A stretch of 64,000 bases of DNA from Octopus vulgaris (Eukaryota), in assembly GCA_951406725.2 (NCBI GenBank), contig OX597827.1:76694001-76758000 (forward strand), in the 5' to 3' direction. Numbering within the stretch: position 1 is the stretch's first letter; the number at the start of each line of letters is the position of its first letter. The notes under the pieces were generated by a model, which made no database searches, was not told where the DNA came from, and saw only the letters and a list, made by a program, of their open reading frames with translations. Of the stretch, positions 1 through 11,602 are shown piece after piece. The position numbers were made by a program, and so were the translations under genes.

Positions 1-122
1 CCAACAAATTTAAGGATTGTTTTACCTTATTTTGAGCTCTATACTAAGTACCCAGCCATTCCTGGCGTCCTACTTGTTGATATGCCTAGATTCTATTGAA
101 TCCTACATTTGATCTAGCTATC

Positions 123-228
<106 letters not shown>

Positions 229-287
229 GTGTGTATGTATATATATACACACACTTGGAAATGGATGCGTGGTGGCGTTCAGTCGTA

Positions 288-363
<76 letters not shown>

Positions 364-488
364 TATATACATCCATATATGTACATACTTACATATATAA
401 AGTTAATCCAAACAAGAAAGCACAAAAAAAAAGGACGTGGAACAAATATAGTATTATTGGACGCACAGGAAAGAAGGAAAGAAGGAGG

Positions 489-523
489 GTTTAACGTTTC
501 GAGCGGAGCTCTTCGTCGGAAAC
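489..523 (-). ncRNA. Minimal type I hammerhead ribozyme-like motif (U4C core variant) in a Penelope-like/retrozyme-type repeat (~430-570)
   Basis: Minus strand reads gttt-CCGACGA-a-gagc-tcc-gctc-GAAA-CGTT-aaac: stem I gttt/aaac, stem II gagc/gctc, palindromic AACGTT in place of helix III. Homologous copy at 29490-29525. Confidence 0.6.
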
Positions 524-837
524 ATAGGAGAAGGAAAGATCCAGAGAAGGGAAGACAGAGGGAAAAAAATTGTCAACGGTACACACGCGGTACATATATA
601 TATGTTGTACATATATATCAGTTGTCGGCTGATTATCTACTCCACATTTCGAGCAATTCACGACATTATGTGTCGCTCCTGCGAACCAAAATAAAATTTT
701 GGATTTGCGGAGGGTCAAAGTTGGTAACAAAAGACATACAACAAACCAAACCAAACGAAAACAAACAGGGAGGGCCGTTGGGCCAGACGACGTAAGGTAG
801 CGAGTGCTGGAAGAATATTCTTATCGTGAATCGCTCG

Positions 838-884
<47 letters not shown>

Positions 885-890
885 TATATG

Positions 891-952
<62 letters not shown>

Positions 953-953
953 C

Positions 954-985
<32 letters not shown>

Positions 986-986
986 G

Positions 987-1020
<34 letters not shown>

Positions 1021-1398
1021 TGTATGTATGCATGCATGCATGCATGTACGTATGTATATATGCGTGTATATATATATATATATGTAGGTATGTATGTGTG
1101 TGTGTGTTTGATGTTAATTTGTTTAGAGTGGAGTGTGTTAACAATTACGGCAATGGTTAATGATAATTAGGACACGGAAAAGTAATTACAAAACGGGCCA
1201 CTAATTAAGAAGGGGCTAGTAGTTAGGACAGGAGCTTATAATTAGGGTAGAGTAGAAAATAGGCTAGTAATTAAGACAGAATTTTAATAAGTTCATTCTT
1301 GTGCTTTTGGGGGGAAAAGCTGACATTTGCTCCCTTTTTGTTTCGTTATGTGAATATTCTATTATTCACTGATCAAAAAATCTGATACTGACTTTGAT

Positions 1399-1435
1399 GT
1401 ACTGATAAGGCCCAATAAGACCGAAACATATCTAC
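1399..1435 (+). ncRNA. Degenerate type I hammerhead motif
   Basis: gta-CTGATAA-ggcc-caataa-gacc-GAAA-catatc-tac. Stem I is gta/tac; the core carries G8A and a likely G>A in the GUC site, so it is probably inactive. Confidence 0.45.
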
Positions 1436-1620
1436 GATTGTCAACGCTACTATTAAGAAAAATCATGTTTTCCATTTAAGGAGGAGAATTAGAACTAAAA
1501 AATATTTTTTTCTTAATTCTATAAATTATCTCCCCTCCTCCCTTGAGAGTCGCTCCGAAATTTAACTGTGAGAAGTCAGGGGCCTCACTTCAGAAACGAA
1601 TTTTCGTACATGTTCTGGAA

Positions 1621-1726
1621 AGGCGTGTGGCCTAGTGTTTAAGGTTTTGCATTCATGATTGCTACATCGTGGGTTCGAATTCCTAACCGGGTGGCGTGTT
1701 GTATGTTTGAGCAAAACACTTTATTT
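1621..1726 (+). mobile_element. tRNA-derived SINE head fragment
   Basis: A box (tggcctagtg) and B box (ggttcgaattcc), followed by ttgagcaaaacactttattt, which is shared with the SINEs at 2880 and 45453. Confidence 0.55.
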
Positions 1727-1998
1727 AACGTTCCTCTTTTGCCGTGTGGAGACCGTCGTGTGAAGGGACAGATCCAACGTTTTCTCTGCATGTCGTAAAA
1801 AGGGACTCAAAAAGGTCGAGGGAGGATTTGCACTCTGACCTCGTAAAACCTTCACCAGCAACGACTATCCAGGCAGACCCATGGATTGGGGGGTGGGGGT
1901 TGACGCCGGAGTGGTGCAAAGTTATCTGCTGCCAGAAGCAAACAATAGGGGAATCACCAACAAATGCTGGATGCATTACAGCGCATTCACCAATCCTC

Positions 1999-2172
1999 AT
2001 ACTACTACCACTACTGCTTCCCCTTCTTCTTCTCCTCCTCCTCCCCCTCCTCCTACTACTACTATTGCATTTCCTCCTCCTCCTACTACTACTGCTGCTG
2101 TTGTTGCTGTTGCTACTGCACCTCTTAATTCTCCTCCTCCTCCTCCTACTACTACTACTACTACTCCTACTC

Positions 2173-2217
<45 letters not shown>

Positions 2218-2490
2218 TTACTGCAACTGCTGCTGCTGCTCTCCCCCTCTTTCCTCCTTCTTCTCCTCCACCTTCTCCACCTCCTCTTCCTATTACTACT
2301 ATTACTACTACTATTATTGTTACTGCAACTGCTGCGCCTCCACCTCTTCCTCCTCTTTTTCCTCCTCCTCTTGCTGCTGCTGCTGCTGCTGCTACTACTA
2401 CTACTACCACTGCTGCTGCTGCTATTACTACTACTGCAACTGCTACCCCTCTTCCTCTTCCTCTCCTTGCTGCTACTACTACTACTACTC
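1999..2490. repeat. Compound trinucleotide microsatellite (ACT/CCT/GCT)
   Basis: Read directly; the poly-L/T/P ORFs here are artefacts. Confidence 0.95.
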
Positions 2491-2840
2491 TAGAAAGAAG
2501 GTCTGCGTTCATAAGTCTACTGTTGCTACTCCTCTTCTCTGGCCGTTAATCTATGGAAGCACCATCGTGTGTCCCTCCAGCCACAAAAGCGTTTTGTTTA
2601 TAAAGTCTGCCGACTTGGCTTTGTCCTTTTCGACAAGTATATTCTTTCCCTAACTCGAGCCTGCTGTAGTTTTATTTTCTGTTGTTGTTTTGACCTCTCT
2701 GATCCTTTAAACTTGTTCAGACCCTTTTGAATACCACCTTTCTTCCACCACTACTTGATTTCCACTTATCCTTGGGTCCCCTTTCTCCCCTTTGTTGCCA
2801 GGCAAGGGTCGCTTTGGGTCCCTCACGCTTTGGGTGCTAG

Positions 2841-3315
2841 CAGTGATTCTCAACAGAAGTCCATATAAGATTTTGTTAAAATGGCTCAGTGGTTAGAGCA
2901 TCGGGTCCACCACCATCATAAGGCCGCGAGTTCGATTCCCGGACCGGACTGTTTATTGTGTCCTCGAGCAAGGATTTTTATTTCACATTGCCCCAGTTCA
3001 CTCAGCTGTAGAAATGTGCCGTGACGTCATAACTGGTGCCAAGCTGTATCGGCCCCTTTGCCTTTCCCTTGGTTAACATCGGTGGCGTTGAGAGTGGAAG
3101 CTGGAATGCATGGGCGACTGCCGGTCTTCCATAAACAACCTTGCCCAGACTTGTGCCTCGGAGGGAAACTTTCTAGATGCAGTCCCATGGCCCTTCATGA
3201 CCGAAGGCGGTCGTTACCTTACCTTTAACTCTATCTGCAATAAATTGTTTATAATTTTACAATACACCAAATATTTTATTTTTTCTTAATACTGTTCTTA
3301 ATAATATTTAATTAT
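2841..3315 (+). mobile_element. hAT-type MITE, 5' part, interrupted by SINEs
   Basis: Starts cagtgattctcaac (family TIR CAGTGGTTCTCAAC); the AT-rich body matches copies at 12831, 45353 and 52152. Confidence 0.65.
2880..3215 (+). mobile_element. tRNA-derived CORE-like SINE (family D)
   Basis: A box tggctcagtggttag, B box gagttcgattcc, then gtcctcgagcaag...cactcagctgtagaaatg. Second copy at 45453-45780. Confidence 0.8.
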
Positions 3316-3915
3316 AAGAGCGGCGAGCTGACAGAATCGTTAGCACACCGGGCGAAATGCTATGTGGTATTTCGTCTGCCGTTACGCTCTGAGTTCAAAT
3401 TCGGTCGAGGTCGACTTTGCCTTTCATCCTTTCGGGGTCGATAAATTAAGTACCAGTTACGCACTGGGGTCGATATAGTCGACTTAATCCATTTGTCTGT
3501 CCTTGTTTGTCCTCTCTGTGTTTAGCCCCTTGTTGGTAGTAAAGAAATAGGTATTTCGTCTGTCTTTACGTTCTGAGTACAAATTCCGCTGAGGTCGACT
3601 TTGCCTTTCATCATTTCGAGGTCGATAAAATTAAGTACCAGTTACACACTGGGATCGATGTAATCAACTTAATCTCTTTGTCTGTCCTTGTTTGTCCGCT
3701 CTATGTTTAGCCCCTTGTGGGCAATAAAAAAATAAGAAACGTTAGACGAAATGTGTAGCGGTATTTCATGCCTTTACGTTTTGGGTTCAAATTCCGCCGA
3801 GGTCGACTTTGCCTTTCATCCTTTTGTGGTCGATAAATTAAGTACCAATTGCGTGCTGGAATGGACTCCCCACTCCCCCCAAATTTCGGGCCTTGTGCCT
3901 CGAGTAGAAAAGATT
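3316..3915 (+). mobile_element. SINE family A, tandem trimer
   Basis: Head gcggcgagctgacagaatcgttagc, B box gagttcaaatt, and the central block gcctttcatcctttcggggtcgataaattaagtaccag (resembles the Meta/MESC SINE domain) repeated three times. Confidence 0.9.
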
Positions 3916-4339
3916 ATTTGAACTTACTTCCGATTCCTCCGTGGTGGTGTTTTGCATTTATAATAACATAAATATATACAAATTATAAAAATAATAAAAA
4001 ACCGTCACATAAGCGGTTCGGCAAAAGAGACCGATAGAATAAGTACTGGGCTTACAAAGAATGAGTCCCGGGGTTGATTTGCTCGACTAAAGACGGTGCT
4101 CCAGCATGGCCGCAGCCAAATGACTGAAACAAGTAAAAGAGAGTAAAAGAGAGCACAGTACTGTTTCTTCTTCGCGAATTTTCGATTATCGCGGGGTGGG
4201 GGTGGGGGTGGACCGTACCACCCGCGATAGTCGAGGGATTACTGTCTAATTAAAAGGATAATTGTTATTAATAATTACTTTTGAAGGCTGCAACAGACTC
4301 CGTCCGCTTCCCTCGCAACCTCAACGGTTTTGCTTTTTC

Positions 4340-5112
4340 TTGTCTTTTTTTTAGTTGTTTTAGTCGTTTGACTGTGGCCTTGCTGGAGCACCGCCTTTTA
4401 GTCGAACAAATCGACCCCAGGACTTATTCTTTTGTAAGCCTGGTACTTATTCTATCGGTCTTTTTGCTGAACCGCTAAGTTACGGGAACGTGAACACACC
4501 AACATCGGTTGTCAAGCAACGGTAAGGGGGAACAAACACAGACACAAAAACATATACATAAATAAATAAATAAATAAATATATATATATATGTATATATA
4601 TATACAGAGAGAAAGAGAGAGAGAGAGAGATAAAGGGAGAAAGAGAGAGAGAGAAAGAGAGAGAGAAATAAATAAATGGAGTTAAACGCAGGTGTTATTC
4701 AAATCATTATACTTCCGACATATGTTTCAACGAAAAAAAACAACACCTGCGTTTAACTCCATTTATTTATTTATTTATTTATGTCATACAAAAACACTTC
4801 ACCAAAACCTGGAGTTTCTACCTTTATAAGTAGGCTGTTACATCCTTGGTACTTATGTGAATTTTTGCTACCCTTGTAACTATTTATTATTTTTTTCGCG
4901 TTATTTGTAAACATTGAAAAAATACACATGCATTTATATATATATATATATATACGATGGGCTTCTTTCAGTTTCCGTCTACCAAATCCACTTACAAGGC
5001 TTTGGTAGGCCTGAGGTTATAGTAGAAAACACTTGCCCAAGGTGCCACGCAGTGAGACTGAACCTGGAACCATGTGGTTGGGAAGCAAGCTTCGTACCAC
5101 ACAGCCACACCC
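4340..5112 (-). mobile_element. SINE family B with internal microsatellite and ~300-bp foreign insert
   Basis: Reverse complement of the family B head (gtggctgtgtggta...caccttgggcaag) and tail (cagtcaaacgactaaaacaac). Confidence 0.85.
4666..4772. repeat. Perfect 31-bp inverted repeat with 45-nt spacer
   Basis: aaataaataaatggagttaaacgcaggtgtt (4666-4696) pairs with aacacctgcgtttaactccatttatttattt (4742-4772). Confidence 0.9.
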
Positions 5113-5601
5113 ATTTGTTTTTACTTGAAGAATTTTTTCAGAGCTGAAATTTTTATTAAAAGTTAACATTTTCAGTATTTCTGCTCCTAAAAGGAAAGAT
5201 AAACGAGAAACAAAATTCTCAACTTCTTCCGGGGACAATTTCCTGCCCACCACATAGAAAACACGCACGGAGGAAATCCAGTTTTCTCACAAAATTCCGT
5301 GCCTGACTACCTGTGCTTTAATAAATATTATGATTCGTTTTTGTGTTTGGTTACCAAGATTGTTGATGGGAAATCGAGTGTTGAAATAAGTCTTGTTGTA
5401 TCTCGGGAAGGTCATTACGCCAATATTAATAAATACATGCACTGGTTCCATTTCACTTCTTTTGAGGCAAAGAGATCTTTAGCAGACTTGGAGTAGAGGG
5501 GGTACGTCATCGATGATGTCGTGAATAGCTACGAAAGGACTTTGACAAACCTTATTGATTGATTGATTGATTGACCGGATTGTTAATCAAACTATTTATA
5601 A

Positions 5602-5815
5602 TTAGGTGGTGAGCTGGCAGAATTATTAGCACTCAGGCAAAATGCTTGGCAACATTTCGCCCGTCTTTACGTTCTGAGTTCAAATTCCGCCGAGGTCGAC
5701 TTTACCTTTCATCCTTTCAGCGTCAATAAAATAAGTACCAGTTATGCATTGGGGTTAATGCAATCGACTTTCCCTCTCCCCCAAACTTGTTAGTCTCGTG
5801 CCAAAATTTGAAATC
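5602..5815 (+). mobile_element. SINE family A, diverged
   Basis: ggtggtgagctggcagaat...gagttcaaattccgccgaggtcgac...aagtaccag. Confidence 0.85.
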
Positions 5816-5869
5816 AGTCAATTGGTTAAATCTTAACGAATTGACAAGCAATAATACAAGCAATGCATC

Positions 5870-7070
5870 CAGCGTTAGCATCCAGTCATGAGAAACAGAC
5901 GTAGGTGTAAAACCCAAACCCACGATCTTCAGTTCGGTGTTCGTGTCTCCTCTTATCTATGGTCATGAATCTTGGGTGATTACCAAAAGAACACGATCGC
6001 AAATACGAGATCGAGATAGGGTTCTCCTGAAGGGTCTTTGGTGCAACATTACTCGATGGGATGCGCACCACAGGGATCAGAAAGATGCTCCAGGTAGAGC
6101 AACTACTTTTCCAGTTTGAGAGATCAGAGCTCTGACACTCGGACGTGTGGTAAGAATGCCTCGGGATCAGTGACGGTACGTGAATAAAATTAGTTGGGGT
6201 GCTACATCAGAAAATTTTTAGCCGTTGTTTTAATATTACGTTTTACAAATATAAAAAGAATACATGAACTTGACCGGTTCGTGTTTTAGCCGCTGCCGAG
6301 GAGTGTTTAATTTGTTCACTGAACAACACCGCGAATTCCCCCTTGTTTTTCAAAAATCCCCTCTGGATCACAACATTAGTGGGGAAAATCTGCCCTTTTT
6401 TCAAATCTTGGCAGCAATACTCTAGCTGGAAGCAGGATAATAATCGAATTCTACAATTCAAGAATATATACACGTTTTTAAGCACAACACACGCGGAGTC
6501 AAAAAGAAACACTACCTTTCACCAGCACACCAGGGTCGGCATTGCCTGAAGTACAGTTCTCTCACATCCTAGCATGCAGCTTCCTGTCTCGGACATGTGA
6601 GCATGCGCACAACAGCCAAACACCACATCGCTGGAACTGTGAAGCACACAGTTCTATACAAGGATTTTGTATTTTTTTCATAAACTAGGGGATGGCTACT
6701 GACATTAAGCTTAAGGATTATATAATGTACAAGAATAAAGAGAGAACTAAAGAAAAAAAGGGACTCACTATATTGAATTTTATCGATAATATCGAATGGA
6801 AATAGGGGGAGCTGCAGTTCCGCGATGACTATACATGCGCCGCCACTGCTCGGGATAGAATCACTGGACAAGTTTTGCAGACAAAAACAATCAGCAGGAG
6901 ACCCAGGGATAGCAGGAGATTCGTGGATATTGAATAACATCCTTGAGTTCGGTTGGTCTCCCGCTTGGGGATCCAGCCGGTTCGATTGCAGATAGTTGCC
7001 TGTGACAGGACCCGATGAAAAACGTGCTTGAGGACTCTGTCCACCGAGCCTCCCATGATTAAGTGGACAA
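5870..7070 (+). mobile_element. RTE-clade LINE 3' fragment split by a hAT-like insertion
   Basis: Translates VFVSPLIYGHESWVITKRTRSQI...GRVVRMP, then resumes after the insertion as RDRITGQVLQTKTISRRPRD...NNILEFGW: RTE ORF C-terminal motifs with frameshifts. Confidence 0.75.
6168..6848. mobile_element. Non-autonomous hAT-like DNA transposon, 681 bp
   Basis: TIRs cagtgacggtacgtg / catgcgccgccactg; perfect 8-bp TSD ctcgggat at 6160-6167 and 6849-6856. Confidence 0.85.
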
Positions 7071-7788
7071 AGAATATAAGAGATGAGATGAAATAATAAA
7101 AGAAGTGAAATAGAACCTGTGCGTGTGTTTATTATTGGCATGATGACCCTCCCGAGATACAACAAAATATAATAATTGTGTCTCACGAAAGGAGGGGGAT
7201 GAGTCAATTAAATCGACTTCCAGTTCTTGACTAGTATTTATATTTTATCGAGATCGGGGGGTAAGGGTTGGGGCGAAAATAAGGGTTTCTTTATTTGCCT
7301 TAAGGACGTTGGCTGAAAGAACATAGCAAGTACTAATTACCAAAATTTAAGGGGACATAATCGAATATGAGACAACAGGGATGCCGAATGAGAGTCCGAT
7401 GACAGACAGGGGAAACCTGAGGGTTCTAGTCAGCCTCCCTCCGATTTTACCCCCAGCCGGTCGCGTGCGCCGCTGGGGCCTTGCCTACTTGTCGCGGTGG
7501 TACCGAATACAGTAATACATCGGAACCAGTTACGTCCTATACGTGCGCCTGGTGCGTAAAACCTTTCGGCTTAGACAGTGCCTGATTCAGGTCACAACTT
7601 GGCGAGCGCTGTGGAACCGCCCACGGTAAATAATAAGGAAAGATTGCCATCCTGCAAGTATGGCCCTGGGGGGGGGGGGGTCCTCATAAGATTTTGTTGT
7701 TAAAATTTATCTGCAATAATCTGGTTATACTTCTACAATACGCAAAATATTAACAAATTTTTAATACAATTTCTAATATTTAATTATA

Positions 7789-8011
7789 GCTGACAGAAAC
7801 GTTAGCTCGCCGAGCGAAATGCGTAGACGTATTTCGTCTGCCGTTTCGTTCTGAGTTCAAATTCCGCTGAGGTCGACTTTGTCTTTCATCTTTTCGGGGT
7901 CGGTAAATAAAGTACCAGTTACGCACTGGGGTCGATGTAATCAACTTAATCCCTTTGTCTGTCCTTGTTTGCCCCCTCTATGTTTAGCCCCTTGTGGGTA
8001 GTAAAGAAATA
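7789..8011 (+). mobile_element. SINE family A flanked by a ~150-160-bp direct duplication of MITE sequence
   Basis: Family A body; 7625-7788 is repeated at 8012-8157; the MITE 3' TIR ends at 8254. Confidence 0.85.
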
Positions 8012-8656
8012 GGTAAATAATAAGAAATGATTGCCATCCTGCAAGTATGGCCCTTGGGGGTCCTCATAAGATTTTGTTGTTAAAATAATCTGGTTATACT
8101 TCTACAATACACAAAATATTAACAAGTTTTTAATACAATTCCTAATAGTTAATTATAAAGATATGAATTGATTTTTTTGAACATCAAATGGCTATGAGGG
8201 TCCTACCCACTGAGCAAAATAGGGTCCAAAGGTTAAAATGGTTGAAAACCTCTGGTTTAAGTGGAAACGAAATCAAACATCCCAATAGTGAGGACAGCAC
8301 AGTCTCCTAGGTGGGGGTCAAACAAGGGGTGAGGTGTTCACAATGGACTCAGTTGAGAACCTGATCCATTCGACACGTGACAACAGCTGTTAGATATAAT
8401 TCCAATTCAGAGTCCGAGCGTCAGCAACGCTTGGACCCTAAACTACTGTAATCATGACAGTTTCGATCCCCTGGCCCGGCTGTCAGTATTTTCTATACGT
8501 GAAGAAGAGGGGTTCTCAACCATTTCTTGTCTATGGACCCCTTTCATTCCTGGTTTAACTCTGCCAGACCTCCATAGTCATTTGATGTTTAAAAAAATCC
8601 TACCATATAATTAGGTATAATTAGATATAATTAAGAATTTTATTAAGGTTATTGTT

Positions 8657-8816
8657 CGCAGGCGTGGCTGTGCGGTAACAAACTTAATTCCCAACCACAT
8701 GGTTCCGGGTTCAGTCCCACAGCGTGGAACCTCGGACAAGTGTTTTCTGCTATAGTCTCGGGCCGACCAAAGATTCGTGAGTGTATTTGGTAGGCGGAAA
8801 CTGAAAGAAGCCCGTC

Positions 8817-8861
<45 letters not shown>

Positions 8862-9083
8862 TGTGTGTGTGTGTGTGTGTCTGTGTTTGTCTCTCTACCA
8901 TAGCTTGAGACCCGATGCTGGTGTGTTTATGTCCCTGTAACTTAACGGTTCGGCAAGAAAGACCGATAGAATAAGTACCAGGCTTACAAAGAATAAGTCC
9001 TGTGATCGATTTCTTCGACTAAAAGGCGGTGCTCCAGCATGGTCGCAGTCAAATAACTGAAATAAATAAAAGAATAAAAGAAT
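8657..9083 (+). mobile_element. SINE family B, full length
   Basis: cgcaggcgtggctgtgcggta...ggttcagtccc head, internal (AT)/(GT) tract, aaaagaat tail. Confidence 0.9.
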
Positions 9084-9309
9084 ACAGTATTTTGTGTGTT
9101 GTATTAGGTCGTTAAGTAAGGTATATGGTAAACTTTGCCAGCGGCTCATTTTGCGCCATTATTATATTTCGACAATCTTTATGCTTTGTTACAAAGCTGA
9201 CACATCTACTTCTTTATTCTGACTCATTTTTCGCTTTATAAAGTATTTATAAATCATTTTTTGCTTTATAAAGTATTTATAAATCATTTTTTGCTATTTT
9301 TGCTTAGGG

Positions 9310-10327
9310 ATGGTAAGTCAGAAATTCGTACAGTTTTGAAATATGAGTTCTTTTTGGGAAATACAGCATCACAGACAGCTCGGAATATTAAAGGAGTATT
9401 TCATTCTAATGTTATTACACGACAGACAGTATCAAACTGGTTTGCAAAATTTCGTTCTGGTAACTTTGACCTCACAAATGAGCAATGTGGTCGACCAGAA
9501 ACAAAGGTGGATGATGACGAATTGAAAGCCACCGTCGAGTCAGATCTCAAAGTGCCCGTGAATTATCGTTGTTATTTGGTGTTAGCAACCAAACATTATT
9601 GACTCACCTAGTTCAAATCGGTAAAGTGAAAAAGTTGGATAAGTGGGTTCCACATGAGCTCAATGAAAATCAGAAACAGCAGCAAATGGAAGCCTGCATT
9701 ATGCTACTTTCTCGTCACAAAAATGAATCATTTTTGAATCGAATTGTAACATGTGATGAGAAATGGATCCAATACAACAACCGTAAATGTTCAGCACAAT
9801 GGTTGGACAAAGACGAGCCACCGAAATACAGTCCCAAAAGCGAAATTCATCAAAATAGCTGATGGTGTGTGTTTGGTGGTCTGGCGCAGGTGTGATCCAT
9901 TATGATTTCATTAAACCTGACTCATCAATCACGGCCGAAGTATACTGCAGCCAAATGGACCAAATGATGCAGAAACTTAAAAAAACAACAATCTAGATTA
10001 GTCAACAGATCCACTCTGATTTTATTGCAAGACAACGCCAGATCACATATCGCAAAAATGACATTGGCGAAACTACAGGAGTTGGAGTTGGAAGTTCTCC
10101 ATCATCCACCATACTCACCTGATCTTACTCCCACTGACTATCACTTCTTCCAGAATTTGGATAACTTTTTGATAGGAAAAAAGTTTAATTCCGACGATGC
10201 TGTAAAACAGGCCTTCCAAGATTTTTTTGACTCTAGATTGCCAGGGTTTTACAGTTCCGGGCTGGCCAAGCTACCGCTGAAATGGCAAAAGTGTATTGAC
10301 AATATGGGTGCATACTTTGATGAATAA
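9310..10327 (+). pseudogene. Mariner D,D34D transposase pseudogene
   Basis: Frame-shifted pieces: HTH (TVSNWFAKFRSGNFDL), WVPHEL, IVTCDEKW, QDNARSH, HPPYSPDLTPTDYHFF, KWQKCIDNMGAYFDE*. Confidence 0.95.
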
Positions 10328-10355
10328 AATTATTTCTTGTATTTATAAAACATTT

Positions 10356-10598
10356 GCAAACTTTTTTTTGTACAATTTTTTTTCTACAAATTTTTTTTCT
10401 ACAAATTTTTTTACAAATTTTTCTTCTACAAATTTTTTTTCTACAAATTTTTTTCTACAAATTTTTTTTCGACAAATATTTTTTCTACAAATTTTTCTTC
10501 TACAAATTTTTTTTCTACAAATTTTTTTCTACAAATTTTTTTTTCGACAAATATTTTTTCTACAAATTTTTTTTCTACAAATTTTTTTTCTACAAATT
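10356..10598. repeat. ~14-16-bp minisatellite (T7-9CTACAAA)n inside the mariner 3' end
   Basis: Read directly; about 16 units ending at the right TIR. Confidence 0.9.
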
Positions 10599-10794
10599 TC
10601 ATACTTGATGACTTAAAAGAAGAGTAACAGATTTCATTTAGCAACAAAATCTTATATGAATCCCCATGGGACATGGGGACTATGGTTGAAAACCACTAAT
10701 GTAGAGTTTAGTGAAAGCTTAGAGGATAGTGTATTCGGTTCACAATCATAACGTCATGAGTTCGATTCTCGGCAGCGCCATGTGTCCTTTTTTT

Positions 10795-11143
10795 TTACTT
10801 GTTTTATTCAATTGACTGTGGCCATGCTGAAGCACCGCCTTTAGTCGAGCAAATCGACCCCAGGACTTATTCTTTGTAAGCCTAGTACTTATTCTATCGG
10901 TCTCTTTTGCCGAACCGCTAAGTTACGGGGACGTAAACATACCAGCATCGGGTGTCAAGCGAAGTTGGGGACAAACACATGCACACACCCACACACACAC
11001 ATACATATATACGACAGGCTTCTTTCAGTTTCCGTCTACCAAATCCACTCACAAGGATTTGGTCGGCCCGAGGCTATAGTAGAAGACACTTGCCCAAGGT
11101 GCCACGCAGTGGAACTGAACCCGGTACTATGTGGTTGGTAAGT
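10795..11143 (-). mobile_element. SINE family B
   Basis: Reverse complement matches family B. Confidence 0.9.
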
Positions 11144-11348
11144 AAAGTACTGCCAAGCCCTGTGTTCCAGGACTCGAAATCCTCTGGAACAGACCATTTG
11201 TTCAACTTGGTCGACACCCTCAGTCCTGAATGAGGTCACTGAGTACAGCTGTCTGGACGCAGTCGACATGGCACGGCTGACAGGACATTAAAACTGTTTT
11301 TGGTGACAATAGTTTTCGGCGCGGAAGGCAAACGCGCGCGCACACACG

Positions 11349-11412
<64 letters not shown>

Positions 11413-11448
11413 GAGTGAGAGAGGGAGAACGAAAAAGAGAGAAGGAGA

Positions 11449-11490
<42 letters not shown>

Positions 11491-11602
11491 TAGAATGTCT
11501 GTTGTCAAATAAGTCAGCGCCGAATCATCTAAGTTCGGATGGGATGGCCAGCAATACCTCTAATTTCCATAGCAATGTCTCGAGAACCAAAACGTACAGA
11601 AA

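Larger units (their letters stand above)
9104..10616 (+). mobile_element. Mariner transposon, full length, inactive
   Basis: Degenerate TIRs ttaggtcgttaagtaag / catacttgatgacttaa, with TA on the left flank; contains a transposase pseudogene. Confidence 0.9.
8508..10698 (-). mobile_element. hAT-type MITE hosting a SINE B and a whole mariner
   Basis: Ends are aggggttctcaacc and ggttgaaaaccact; MITE body pieces lie at 8508-8650, 9084-9103 and 10619-10698. Confidence 0.7.
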
